NCBI GenBank assembly: GCA_964016885.1 | Contig: OZ024742.1 | Span: forward strand, 324,012,001 to 324,076,000 | DNA: 64,000 nt | Origin: Eledone cirrhosa | Taxonomy: Eukaryota | Direction of reading: 5' to 3' | Shown here: piece after piece, positions 50,669 to 63,931 of the stretch | How positions within the stretch are numbered: the first letter of the stretch is position 1 | Layout of the letters: every line of letters starts with the position of its first letter | Translations under genes and position numbers: made by a program | Notes under the pieces: generated by a model | Databases searched by the model: none | The model's input: only the letters and a program-made list of their open reading frames with translations | Told to the model about the DNA's origin: nothing

Positions 50669-51184
50669 ATAATAATAATAATGATTTCTTCTATTGGTCA
50701 CAAGAACCCAACATGTCGGAGACAATACATGAATTAAAAAAAAAAAAATGCAGCAGAGAGAGGAAGGTTTTTTAGTAAAGGGAAATTGGTAAATATAACA
50801 CAGATTGTAATAAACAGTAATGACAACAATACAAAGCAATAACAACTGTCAACTAGAAAAAGTTCCCCAACAGGTAGGGACTGCATTTTAGGGTGTCTGC
50901 AGAAAGTCCCACCCTATAAAACCCCGGATTACTCTATCACCTAAAGGGCACTGAAAGTGTCCTCTCTTGGTTTCTTTTCTCCTACTTTGAAAATCATAGT
51001 CAGAGCAAACCCCATTCAGCCTCAACAATCTCTGTTTTCACCCATATTTCATAAAACACATACAGAAGGCAGCATCTCCCTCTCTGCCCTCACCTTCCTC
51101 TTCAAGTAGTACTTGAAGAAAATTATAACAATAACAACTATAATAATTGTTTCTAATAATGTTGATGATGATAATAAAAAAAAA

Positions 51185-51375
51185 ATGAAATTATTGTGTA
51201 CAGTGCTCAGGTGCACTACAACTCATCAAGGGTGCATGTATAGTACACAGAAAAGTGTACAAGTATCAGGAAAGTGAACAGTGTATGAGTCATGATATAC
51301 ATGTGTGCGTGAGTATGTAGGGGGATATCAGGTGTAGTGTTGGTGAATTTCAGGAAGTATGGAAGTTTTAAAGGT
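51185..51375 (-). mobile_element. CR1-like 3' end fragment
   Basis: Matches 52826-53015. Confidence 0.8.
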
Positions 51376-51403
51376 TTTAAATGGTAATATTAAAAGGTCT
51401 TAC

Positions 51404-51460
51404 CTTTTCAGATGCAACCGATGCAAATTTGCTGGCACTTAGCGCAAACGTTGCCCAACC
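51404..51460 (-). CDS. ARFGAP1: ArfGAP1 internal exon (GWATFALSASKFASVASEK, ALPS motif)
   Basis: Acceptor tttattcatttattttctAG and donor GTAAGA; 57 nt, phase 0/0. It continues SSLST|GWxxF..ASKFAS.A.E, matching the amphipathic ALPS1 helix of ArfGAP1. Confidence 0.9.
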
Positions 51461-51854
51461 CTAGAAAATAAATGAATAAATATAAATGAAACAAATATTG
51501 AAATAAAACAAATATTTATCTTCAGCTTTACTGAAATATTTTTGTTATTGTTCATTTTGATGTTAGCCCAGAGGTTCTCTGGGTGTGTTGAGAGGGTCCA
51601 GGGATGCTGGTGCCTAAGGGAGTAGTGGGGGCAGTAGAGATGATATAATAGTATATTAAATATCAAATATACATATATATAAATATAGTAAAATATAAAA
51701 TATGTAATATTTATTTATACATAGTATATATTATATTATTTATTATATATAATATAACATATACTATGTATAAATAAATATTACATATTTTATATTTTAC
51801 TATATATATATATGTATGTATCATTTGATATTTAATATACTATTATATCATCTG

Positions 51855-52035
51855 TGAATTGGCAGTATCGGTAGAGGGTCGGACGCCATGCTTTGACGCA
51901 TAGAGTTACGGCCCTTGCCATTCTGAGTTCAAATCCCGCCGAGGTTAACTTTGCCTTTCATCCTTACAGGGTCGATAAAATAAAGTACCAGTAACACTGG
52001 GTAATTGCTGGCCTTGTGCCAAAAGTAAAAACAAT
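51855..52035 (+). mobile_element. SINE family 1, full length
   Basis: A/B boxes, core and tail. Confidence 0.9.
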
Positions 52036-52819
52036 TATTTATTATATATAAATTAACGATTTTATTTAATATATATCATTTGTAATTTGCATGTAGGCAG
52101 GTCTCTCTGGAAATAGGGTTGGGGGCGCTGAGGGTATTAGGCGGCTGTGAGACGGGTGGTAGCCCCAAAAGTTTGAGAACCTCTGTGTTAGAGCATCAAG
52201 TAGAATATTTGTTCTGGCTCACAGCACTCTGAATCAAAACTTTGCCGATCATCCTTTCAGGTTTTGTAAAAACAACAATACTAGTCAAGGCAGTGGATTA
52301 TCTGAACTGTTACAGTGTGAAACAAGATACTTTCCAGCATTTATTCTGACTCTTTGCCTTTTGAGTTCTAATCTCACTGTTGCCAACTTTTTGGGACAGT
52401 TTTTGCATAGCCATCTGCCATGTATATTCTGTTTTTTAGAATAGATACACCATATCCCTGCATGCTGTAAGAGGCAACTAAAAGAGTTGGTGTCAGGAAG
52501 GGCATCTGCTTATAATACTGCCTCAAAACAACCCATCCAGATCTATGCCAGCATAGAAAAGTGGGTGTAAAAATGATAATCATGATGAGGATAATGCACA
52601 TCTCAACACAGCTATGTTTTTATTTATATATATTTTGCTGGAATATGAAAAAGTGATTGGGATTGAGAAGATACTGTGTGTTTCCCATTTAGAATAGATA
52701 CACTATGTCTTTGTGTGTCATAGGAGGTGACTAAAAGGGTTAGCAACAGGAGGATCATCCAGTTGTAAAACAACACCTCAAAGCCCCCCCCCCCCCCCAA
52801 TAATGTGTATACTAATATA

Positions 52820-54215
52820 ATATAATGAAATTATTGTGTAAAGTGCTCAGGTGCACTACAACTCATCAAAGGTGCATGTATAGTACATAGAATAATACAC
52901 ACATGTCAGGGAAGTGAGTAGTGTATGAGTCATGATATACATGTGTGTATGTGTATGGAGGGGGAACATCAGGTGTAGTGTTGGCGAATCTCGGGAAGCA
53001 TGGAGGCCTTAAAGGATGCAGTGTCTCGACAGCTAACAACTGATGCAGGGAGTTTGTTCCATGCTTCAGCAACTCTGAGCATGAAAAAATGTTTCCGAAA
53101 GTCATAGGAACTGTACTGTTTTCTGACTTTGTGGGCATGTCCACGTGTGTTAGACACATGGAAATCAAAAAGGTACTCAGAGTTGTTGTTGGCAAGATGG
53201 TTAACAATTTTGTGAGTGTTTACCAAGTCAGTTGCCAGGCGTCAGAGCTTCAATGTATCCATGCCCAGGGAAGCACGGCGTTCAGAGTATGGTAGATGCC
53301 TGATGGAGGGTATTCGCTTGGTTGCACGTCGCTGGACAGTTTCCAGGCGGTCAATGTTCTGAGCAAGATAGGGGTTCCAGACTGGTGATGCAAATTCTAA
53401 GTGTGGCCACACCATAGCCATGTACAGCCTTAAATAGATAGCTGGAGAGCGGCTGACAAAGGTCTTGCTGAGTGATGCTAAGACACCCTCGGCCCTCTTG
53501 ACAATTTTAGAGACGTGCTTTGTCCAACGCAAATCGCTGCTGATTGTAATGCCCAGGTCACGTTCACAAGAAGACTTCTTGATATTAGTGCTGTGGAGGG
53601 AGTATGTGGACGCTGGGTTTTTACTTCCAAAATGCATGGTGGTGCACTTGTCCACAGCTAGCTTGAGTTGCCAGTCTGAGATCCATTGTTGCATTGTGTC
53701 CAGGTCAGACTGCAAGCAAGATCTATAGTGTTCAGGATCTGTCCTTTTTATCTCAAGGTACAGCTTGATGTCATCTGCATACTTTAGTACTGTGTAATTC
53801 TTTAAGTTGGCATCTATGTCATTAACATATGCCACAAACAAAAGGGGGCCAAGAACAGATCCCTGTGGTGCACCAGATGACATCTCATATGGTGAGGGAT
53901 GCTGTCCCAGAACCGTGACTACCTCTCTTCGACTGAGAATGAAGGACTTCAACCAGTTAAAAAGATCATCCCTCACACCCATTGCAGAGACTTTTGCCAT
54001 AAGCCTTTTGTGTGGCACAGAATTGAAGGCTTTCGCAAAGTCAAGGTAAACAACATCCACCCATGAGCTGCCATCAGTGATCCGGGTGATGTTTTCAAGA
54101 AACTCGATAAGTTGATCACAGCAGCTGGAGTTGGGGATAAATTCAAATTGCGAGGGTCGGATAAGACTGTGAGAGTTCCAGAAGTTCCAAAGTGTTTCTC
54201 TGACACAGGAAGACT
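52820..54215 (-). mobile_element. 5'-truncated CR1-like LINE (RT pseudogene) in an ArfGAP1 intron
   Basis: QLIEFLE, DVVYLDFAKAF, GAPQGSVLGPLLF, YADD, ERDLGI, PHLEFASPVWNP, TRGH, FF.LRV..WNKLP. Confidence 0.92.
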
Positions 54216-55665
54216 ATGGTGGGGCAATGAAGGCCAACTCCAGTCACAGCCAGAAAAATTACCCCCAAATGTTTGTTGGTATTGTGGTTGTGAGGAATCA
54301 ACTGTTTTCAATCGAGGAAATATAAATAGAATGGTTCCTAATGAGGAGAAAACCAAATAAAGAGGATAAATATTTATTTTTCTCCAGCAACAATGTGGAA
54401 AAAACAGAACAAACAAAACAGTTAATTATTTGACCTTCTATGGTGATCAGAGATATTTGTTAATGAAATCCAAATTTATGTCATCATTTTATGTTTGCTT
54501 TCCAAGCTGGCATAGGTTGGACAAGTTGTTACAGTTTAAATCAGTTCTTATTTGAAGTTACCACCCTTCTAGATGAGGTGGACAACCAAACCTCATCATA
54601 TGGCGTAAATGCCCTTCCTAACAACAAATTATAGGGTGTACTAGGTATATTATATTATGGTGCCAACACAATGTTTTTGACAGGATTAAAGGGTCCTCCC
54701 AATCTTATGGTGTCTTTATTTGTCCACTGACCACTTTATAGAGTATACAGGGTTTATTTATTGTGGTGGCACCAACACTAACAAGATTATTGTCTTTAGT
54801 AAGACAAGGAGTCCTTTATACTGAATGATGTCCCAACTTGTTTACCAGCCACTTTGTAGAATGTATTGGCTGCAGAATCAGTATTTGTGAGGCAGTTAAC
54901 AGTACAATGGAATCAATGACATACTCTAGCGAATGTGTTTGTGTGTGAATGTCAGCATGTAGAAATATTTGTATATCAGTCTGTGTACATGTGGGTGGTT
55001 GATAATGAACTCTAATTTAGGCACTAGGCCAGCAACTTAGGGGAGGCCAAAAGTCAATAAAATTGACTTCAGAACTTGACTGGTACTTAATTTTTCAACC
55101 CAAGAAGGATAAAAAGCAAAGTTGATCTCAGTAAGATTTGAACTCAGAGCAGAAAGAGCCATAACGAAATACTGCAATGCATTTCATCTGATGTACTCAC
55201 GATTCTGCCAATCAACCATTCCGTGGGCGGTAGATAATAAAAAAAAAGAACCAGTTTAGTAATTAAGACTGTCAAATCGTCAATAAATAAATAAACCAGA
55301 AAAGGTGGGAAACAGCTGAAAATAATATACTTGCATATAATTATTTATAAGACAGTGGATTGGAAGTCATTAGAGCATTGAAAATGAATTGCAATATGAT
55401 TGGCTAATAGAGGCCTATATGAAAAAATATACAATATGTTTATGTATAATTGTTTCTACTTTAGGCACAAGGCCAGCAATTACGCAGTGCATTACTGGTA
55501 CTTTATTTTATCGACCCCGTAAGGATGAAAGGCAAAGTCAACCTCGCATGCATAAGTCTCGGTGTGGCTATTTTAAGCCGTGATCATTACTTAGGCAAAA
55601 TAAGCTGATAGCTTATATAGATTTTTGGAAATAATATGTTTATGGTGATGTTCATTTGCATCAGA

Positions 55666-55726
55666 ATGAGTAAACTTCACTGAAGATGGATAAAAATCCT
55701 GAAATATAAATATTTGGTGTTCTCAT
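55666..55726 (+). ncRNA. Degenerate type I hammerhead-like motif inside an old inverted repeat
   Basis: aacttca-CTGAAGA-t-ggat[aaaa]atcc-t-GAAATAT-aa-ATATT-tggtgtt; decayed IR arms at ~55406-55450 / 55775-55820. Confidence 0.6.
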
Positions 55727-56105
55727 ATGACTGCTGAGGTTGCTTAAAATACCTCCACCAAAACTTATCTATGTTTATTATACATAAACATTGTATATGC
55801 TTTCATATAAGCCTTTATTATAAATCACACTATGTTAGTGCTACTGTTAATTTATGATTGACTAATTCCTTTTACGGTGGTGTCCCTGTCTGGCTGTCTG
55901 GCTGCAGCCTAATGACTAAAATCAGTAAAAGAATAAAAAAAAATATATATATATATTTTAAAATATCACAAGAGATGTGTAGTTCATTTCCTGCAAACAT
56001 CTCTGTCCAATTCAACTATTATTTATTATTATCTGCATGGTGGCTAACATATATTAAAATTATTTTTAAAAATCAGTTTCAAATGAAAAATAAATATAAA
56101 CTTAC

Positions 56106-56199
56106 TGTAGAGAGAGAAGACACATAATCATCTTGAGGAACTGGGTCAGGAGTACTGCCAAAACCTATATATTTACCCCCCTGACTTGGTGGAAGGTCT
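56106..56199 (-). CDS. ARFGAP1: ArfGAP1 internal exon (DLPPSQGGKYIGFGSTPDPVPQDDYVSSLST)
   Basis: Acceptor ttctttaatttttctttcAG and donor GTAAGT; 94 nt, phase 2/0. LPPSQGGKYxGFGSTP is the hallmark ArfGAP1/Gcs1 motif upstream of ALPS1. Confidence 0.93.
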
Positions 56200-57409
56200 C
56201 TGAAAGAAAAATTAAAGAAAAGTTTATTTAAAATAACAAAAAAACTTTTTTTTTTTTTCAATGTGGCAAATTGGCAGAATTTTTAGGGTGTTAAATTAAA
56301 AATGGCTAGTTATCTGTTCAATTTTACTGCACTCTGCATTCAAATCCTGCCAAGGTCAACTTTACCATTCATCATTTTGAGGTTAATAAAGTTTTTGTCC
56401 CAATACTGGAGTCGATTCTTCCTCTATCTCTCTAACACTTTCTCTGCAAGACATCAGCCATGTTATGATCTGGTGAGCGATTGAGTCTGCCAGGTTTAAA
56501 ATGCCCAGTTATGATCGGGAGAGGGATGGGATCTACCAGGTTTAAAATGCCACGTTATGACCTGGAGAGGGATGCAAGTTTAAGATGGCCAAAAAATGCC
56601 ATGTATCAGGATCGAGTTCGTACAATTCCATCAGGAGTTAGGAGCTCTTTCTTTTCATTATTTCTTTTTACCCCTATGTCAACTCTTAGTCAACCTATGA
56701 TTAAAGATATTTTAGATATAACCATCATTTTATGCTTGCATGTGTTGGTTTGGTCATCTCCAGCACAACCTACCACTGTTCATTGTGTTCTTTTGTCATC
56801 TCCTCTATGATCAGTATTTTGAAATTTGCTCTAATCATCTCTGATCATCGTTTCCTCAGTCTACCTCTACTGCAGCTTCCTTCCACTGGCACTTCTTCAT
56901 TCAGTGACCATTAACCATATGCATTACATACCTATGCAGGCATCATAAAATCTACCCTTTATTTGAAGAGAAAATCCATTTCTTGTGAACAGAAGTAGGT
57001 ATCTACATGCAGGGGCCCAGTCAAATAAATCGATTCCAGGATTTGATGAGTACTCTATTTTATTGATGGTGGAAGGATGAAAGGCAAAGTTAACTTCAGA
57101 AGGATTTGAACACAGAAAGTAAAACCAGGTGCAAACACCACAAGAAGTTTTGTTTGATACTCTAACGATTCTGCCAATCCATCACCCAACCAACAACAAC
57201 AACAATAACAAAAACTGTCTCGGAGATATGTAGAAGGCCTGCAATTTGTAGGAAGGGTATGTTGATTTAATGAACCCAAGTACTTCACTGGTACTTTATT
57301 TTATAAACAGATGGATGAAAGCAAGGTTGAGCTTAGAATATAAAGACCCACGTCAACTGCAAGCCATTTTGTCTGACTAACAGTTCTGCCAATTCACTAA
57401 CCAAGCTAT

Positions 57410-57745
57410 CATCATCATTTTCATCATTTCATTTTACGTCCGCTTTTCCCTGCTTGCAAGGGTGGGACGGGAACTGATTCTGGCTTGATTTCTACAGCTA
57501 GATGCCCTTCCTAACACCAACCTCATTTACGGTGAGTGCTGGGTGCTTTTTTGTTGTGGCACCTCCACGACCACTTTGCAGTGGAATGGTAGGGACCCCA
57601 GTCCCTATCATCTCATTTCTACAGCTGAGTAAACTGGAGCAATGTGAAATAAAGTGTCTTGCTCAAGGAAACAACATCAGAATTGAACTCACAACCTTTC
57701 GATTGCAAGCCCAATGCTCTAACCACTAAGCCATGTGCCTCCATA
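57410..57745 (-). mobile_element. SINE family 2, full length
   Basis: tRNA head, CORE block and RTE-like tail. Confidence 0.88.
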
Positions 57746-57852
57746 ATAAGCTATAATAATAATAATTGTTTCTACTTTTGGCACAAGGCCAGCAATTATC
57801 CCAGTGCATTACTGGTACTTTAATAATAATTATTATTATTCCAGTAACTTAC

Positions 57853-57921
57853 TCTGATCTGGCAGCATTTTCAGCTTGTCTGTTATAAAAGAATTCTTCT
57901 TTCTTCTTGTCTAGTTCATCT
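57853..57921 (-). CDS. ARFGAP1: ArfGAP1 internal exon (xDELDKKKEEFFYNRQAENAARSE)
   Basis: Acceptor atttttttatttttgtAG and donor GTAAGT. The 69-nt exon is phase 2/2 and joins in frame to the next exon, giving ...ENAARSE-DLPPSQGGKY, the ArfGAP1/Gcs1 motif 'FF..Q.EN..RPd.LPPSQGGKY'. Confidence 0.9.
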
Positions 57922-59803
57922 CTACAAAAATAAAAAAAATATATATATTGAATACAATAATGAACAATAAGTGATATAAAACATATTTATCATAAAGTGC
58001 TCACAAGTACATTGGTATTGGATGAAACTGGTTGTGTATCAAGAGCTGATAATGATGATGATGATGATGATAATACAAATGCTTTAAAGTTATTTCTCCT
58101 GCTAAGACAGGGATTAGCTTTGCAGGCTTCACAACTACCTTCATACTCATCATGGGGTTCTTTTTGAGGCAATGTTTTACAACTGGATGCCTTTCTTGAT
58201 GTCAACATTTTTAGTTGCCTCTTATGATGTTCAGGCATACAGTGTACCGATTCCAAACTGGATACACACAGAAAGATGATGACAATGATAATGGTCACTA
58301 TAATGATGAAACTGTAAATATACAGTTAGGAACGGACATTAGGAATTTGTAGTTAATGTAAAGGATTTATAACTCTGAATAGTAGAGATTACTCTTTAGA
58401 CCAGCTGCAAATAGCCTTTTCACTGCTGGTGGCACCATAAAATGCACAGAGGCTGTGCTGTATAGTGGCTGGTGAGAGGAAAGACACTCAGCTGCAAAAG
58501 CCATAATATACACAACAAAGATTGGTAGTTTTCTCTGTTACTGCATGTCCTCTGAAAGAAGGATTGCAACAAGAGGTGAGATATTGTGTAACCCGTCCAA
58601 CACCTGTCACCACAGAAAAATACATATATAATGAAAACGATGAATGAATGAAAAACATTATCATCATCATCATTACTATTTCATGCCTGCTTTTCCAAGC
58701 TGGTGTATTTGATCATTTATAAACACATATCTGCACGCATACAATACAAGATTAATCTGGTTTTCTGTGCTTGCATGGAGTGAACAATCTTTTCTATTAT
58801 AACCTCCCTGCACTTATTGCATTCCTTCAACATCTCCACTGTGAGATTCAGCATTTTGAAATCCACTTTCACCACTTCTACCCAGGTCTTCTTTGGTCTT
58901 CTAGTGCTACTTCATTCCACTGGTATCTCCTGGCATTGCTTCACCCAATGATCATCATCCAAATGAATTGTATGTTAATACCAGTGCAGTTTCCTCTCTT
59001 GCACACCACATTTTATTCCACCTGTACCCAGTTTCTCTTTTAGCTCATTCATCTTCCCTGTTTATGCATATTAACATCTCATTCATCAAAGCAGGCAGGT
59101 GTCATTTCTCTCCAGTTTTCACATATTCACTGCATTTACCTCCCAAGTTCACTTCCTGCACCACATGCAGGCATGATATAGCTGGCCTTCCATTCAAAGA
59201 GAGAAACCTTTTGTTGTCAACAGAAAAATAACCCCCTGACGTTTTTCCATCCTGTTCCTATTCTAACTACTATGTTTTCAGAGCAACTACCTCCACTGTT
59301 AATTAGGTCACTTAGGTAACAGATGCTATCAACTTCAATGGCGCCTTCCTGGTGAAATAAACATTTCAATCCTGTAGAGTGCATATAAATATACACATTG
59401 ACACAGTGGCATGTTGCTGAGGTACGTGGGAGTGCAGCTGCATCCCACCAAAAATTGTTGTTGGAAAATTCTCAAATTTTCAAAAAAATATTGTATACTT
59501 TGCTCGTTTGTTTTAATTACACAAAACATAATAAAATATGTACAATACAATAATGAATAAAGATGTCTTAATAATGATTGGCATGCATAAAAATGATCCA
59601 TGACCTTTTATATTATATACCTGTCGTCTTATAGTGCATTTCTTGTTTTAAACAAAGTATGAATACAAATAATGACATATTTGTATTCTATCTTATCATT
59701 TTCATTATTTTGAAATTGCGTTTTTAAAAAAGGTTTCAAATTAAGTTTGTATAGTTTTCATATCATCTCTCTCTCTTGTCGATTCATTTTTCTACCATTG
59801 ACA

Positions 59804-60494
59804 ATCATCATCATCATCATCTTCGTTTAATGTCCATCTTCCACGCCAGCATGGGTTAGACGGGAGTTGTCCCACTTGAGGCAAGGTTGGTCGGGTGACC
59901 GTGTCTCGCTCATATAGGACTATCTGGCAGGTTTTCTATGGCTGGATGCCCTTCCTAACACCAACCACATTTACTGTGTGGAACTGGGAACTTTTTACCG
60001 TGTTACGTACACGGTCACATTACAGCGTGGACTGAGTGCTTTTTTTTGTTGTGATACCTACACGATCTCGATCTCATTATCTCAGTTATTTGGACTGGAT
60101 GTTGTGGTACCAACTTTACAGAGAGGGTGGTGTTAGTGGGAGGATAGGGTAAGGGTAGTGGATTGGGGTGTTAAGAGGTGCCTACTGACTGTAGATTTCG
60201 CTTTGTACATAGGCAAGGCGGGTCTTCTGTATTACTGTGTAGCGCCAAAGATCTCATTCCAGTGACATTGTTTTAGAGAGGTGCAAGTGTGTAAGGTCGG
60301 AATTTATCAGATCGTTCCAGGTTTTTCTGGGTCTACCTACTCCGTAACTACCATCAATTTTGATCGCCCTGCACTTTTTTATACAGCTGTCGTTTTTCAT
60401 GCACATCATGTGACCATACTACTGTACTTTCAGAACACCCTCCACCACTGCTGATTTCGTCACCCAGGTAACGGAAAGTGTCCACTATTTCTAT
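59804..60494 (-). mobile_element. Older RTE subfamily 3' fragment with internal deletion
   Basis: Matches 44932-45550, then jumps to the RYLG region. Confidence 0.88.
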
Positions 60495-60861
60495 ATATCT
60501 ATATATTGTGTATATATAAACAATACACCCTATAAATTGTTAGTGTTGCTACCTTCAAAGAATAAACCCTGTCAAGTCTGAAAATTAGTTCTGGTGCCAC
60601 AAAAAATGCACTCAGTATACTCTCTAAAATGAGTCATTTTTGTTGGAAAATTATGAACAACTGCACCTCCAAAAATGATAGTAACAATACATTGATGCAT
60701 TGAATTTATAAACCTGTAAACATGTTAAATTCACATATTTCTCAGTGGATTGAAAACAATTTTCTACAGGGAAATATGTAAATGTGACATGTTTACATGC
60801 TTATAAATATTGTGTGCACGCACGCACGCACGTGTGCGTGTGGGTGTGTGTATGTATATAT

Positions 60862-61305
60862 GATGGAGGCACATGGCTTAGTGGTTAGAGCATTGGCCTT
60901 GCAATCGAAAGGTTGTGAGTTCAATTCTCAGACCGGGTGATGTGTTATTTCCTTGAGCAAGACACTTTATTTCACATTGCTCCAGTTTACTCAGCTGTAG
61001 AAATGAGATGATAGGACTAGGGTCCCTATCATTCCACTGCAAAGTGGTCGGGGAGGTGCCACAGCAAAAAAGCACCCAGCCCACGCTGTAAAGTGGACGT
61101 GTAGGTGCCACAGTAAAAAAAGCATCCAGCACTCACTGTAATGAGGTTGGTGTTAGGAAGGGTATCCAGCTATAGAAATGAAGCCAGAATCAGTTCCGGT
61201 ATGAGCAAGACAAGGTGAGCCGACTGGACACTGCTCACAACAGGACAACCCGTCTAACCCATGCTAGCGTGCAAGAACGGACGTAAAACGGTGATGATGA
61301 TGATG
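60862..61305 (+). mobile_element. SINE family 2, longest full-length copy
   Basis: A box tggcttagtgg, B box gagttcaattct, CORE-like block, 3' region shared with the RTE 3' UTR, (GAT)n tail. Confidence 0.92.
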
Positions 61306-63900
61306 ATATATATATATATAGTAGTGCATTGGAGCTGTATTTGCACTTGGACAAGATAAGTCGAAAAGGTTTGAGGTAATCCCTATGCACTCATTGATAC
61401 GAAAAGAAATTTTTGTTATCAGTGTCCTCAATTACGATATTAGAGGGGAATAAAATTTTGACTACATATATGCCAATTACAATAGACAACATCAACAATG
61501 AATACCAAAGGGAAGAGAATTTAATACATATATATGTACACACATATATAAGTTAATTTTAGGTTTAATCAATACATATGAAATATATATCGATAATGTT
61601 TCTAAGTACAAAGCTCAATAAACTTCTGTTCAGAGCAAATATAAATCACCATCACCAATATATAACAGGATATATCTTCCTTCTTAAACTAGTATTTTGT
61701 ACATATATATATAGAACAAATATGTTGTTTTGCAATAATATCTCTTGTTATATATATGTATATATATAGACTCACATACATATTTACGTAGTTCCGGTTA
61801 ACCTTTTACTGTCTATCTACAAATATGTATATATCGTCTATTTCAGTAGCTTAGTGCACAATTTACTATACATTGATTTATTTATATTCATTACAATTGA
61901 AAAATGTCTAGGGGAGATAATTCTAAATCTTTTTTTTTATTTGAGAAGGAATCGTAATGTATATGGTACATCAATAGTACTGTTGTAGTCGTAAAGTAAA
62001 TGGACCTCCGTCGGTTTCGACGATTAGTGTTCCGGTTATTCGATCAAACGAACACCCTACGTATTACAACACCATGTTAGTAGCTGAGTATTCCAAAGAC
62101 AAATGTACCTTTACCATAATTCTTATGGAGATTCAGCGTAACACTAACAAGGTTGGCTCTCTGAATTAAAGAATTACAAGTACTGTTCATCCAATAAGCT
62201 TACACAGAGTTTCTGAGTATACAATTTCACTAACAAGGCATAGGTCACCTGAAGCTATGATAACAGATATTTGCCCAAGATGTCATGCTGTGCAATTGAA
62301 CATGGAATCTAATGAATGCAAAGTGAACCTAACCATTTGGCCATGCTGCATACACTCTTGTAGTGTGTACAAGGACAGAAACCCCTTCCTAACCCCTTAA
62401 TGTATCAAAAAGCATGGAACATTTACTAAACCATTTTGCTACCAACATTCCTGTCGTTCTGTGATAGAAAACCAACTACTTTAAGCATTTCATGATCCTT
62501 ACCCCACCGCATCCCTGGTGCACCTGTCTTGTCCAACCCATTTATGCATGGAAAGTCGAACACATTCCACAATATACCGCCAAATACAACTCACTTGAAG
62601 ACTACACCCATTACACGTCGATTATTCCCCTTTTCCAGTAAGCAATATGTAACCTGATGCTTGCTTTCTCATTTTACATGATAAAACACACCTAGTAAAT
62701 TTGATCATGTGAGAAGGTTATGCCAATGCTACAACAAAATGTATCCAGTTCACCCTGTAAGAGAGTTATGCTGGTGTCATGAGAAAAAGTACCTAGTCCA
62801 TGCTGTAAATCAATCCAAAATGGAACAAAAAATGGTCACTTGATATAACATAGCAGTCTGTTTAACCCATGCAAGCATGGAAAATAGATGTTAAATGGTG
62901 ATGATGATGATAACATATTCTAATGAAATGCACCATTTATTTTTGTTTTTTATATGGCTGCAGCACTACCACCTTGCAGGGTGTATATGCTGCTTTTTAT
63001 TGTGGAACTAGTATGACCATCTTACAGAGTGGACTGGTGTTAAGTCGACCATCTTACAGAGTGGACTGGTGTTAAGTCTACCACCCATGAGATTGAGTCT
63101 ACACTGTTCATGCATTTCAATTGTTAAGATATTCAAGAATTTTCAGAAAATACATTTTTTTCCCCATTAAGTTGGTGTCTCTAACATAATGTAACAACAT
63201 TTTCATACATAAAATTATGATGAAAGCTTTAAATTAAAATATAACCATATTTTTTAAAACTGACAATTCATGTATGATAAAATCAGAAGCAGTCCCAAGA
63301 AAATTTATACTAAAAGAGTAGTTTAAAGTGAAATAAAAACGAAATTTACAGTTCACACCAATGCAGGTTTAGCTAGCTTGACATGAGGTTGCATCTCATA
63401 GGAGGTTTCTTGAGTGTTTTAATGATATAAAATGTAACAAAAAATGAAGTGTCTTGCTCAAGAACAACACACCACCCAGTTCAAGAATTGAAACCTTGAT
63501 CTTATGATCATGTGTCCAACATCCAAATCACTAGGCCTTACATCTGTTCATATTTAAATCAACCCCGCCCTCCCCAAAGACACTTTTTTTTAATAAGAAA
63601 AATAACTACTCTCGGGTCCCAAATAATGTGAGGGGGTTGGAATAAGCGGGGAGGTTGGATATTTGCTTAAATTCTTATAAACAGGGTGGGGTATCGGTAA
63701 TTGTAGTGTCCATTTGTAAATATGGGATTTCTTGTAACTCTCTTTGTCATTATAATGTTTTTTAATGTAAAATAAAATTATTATTAGATTTTCCAGCCGT
63801 TGTATCAATATGAATGACTTACAATAAAATTTCGCTGGAGATAGATTACCAAAATTTAGTAAGTGGTATGGCTGGAAAAAATCTGAAATATTAATAAGCA

Positions 63901-63931
<31 letters not shown>

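Noticed and set aside
54112-54360. 82-aa plus-strand ORF
   Set aside because: The first part is antisense CR1 RT sequence and the remainder is unsupported.
60865-60935. tRNA-like cloverleaf heads
   Set aside because: They are SINE heads running into the CORE body, without a complete acceptor stem.
63823-63882. Minus-strand segment with AG/GTAAGT that might be an upstream ArfGAP1 exon
   Set aside because: The only open frame has a phase incompatible with the 57921 exon and no ArfGAP1 similarity; the context looks like a DNA-transposon remnant.
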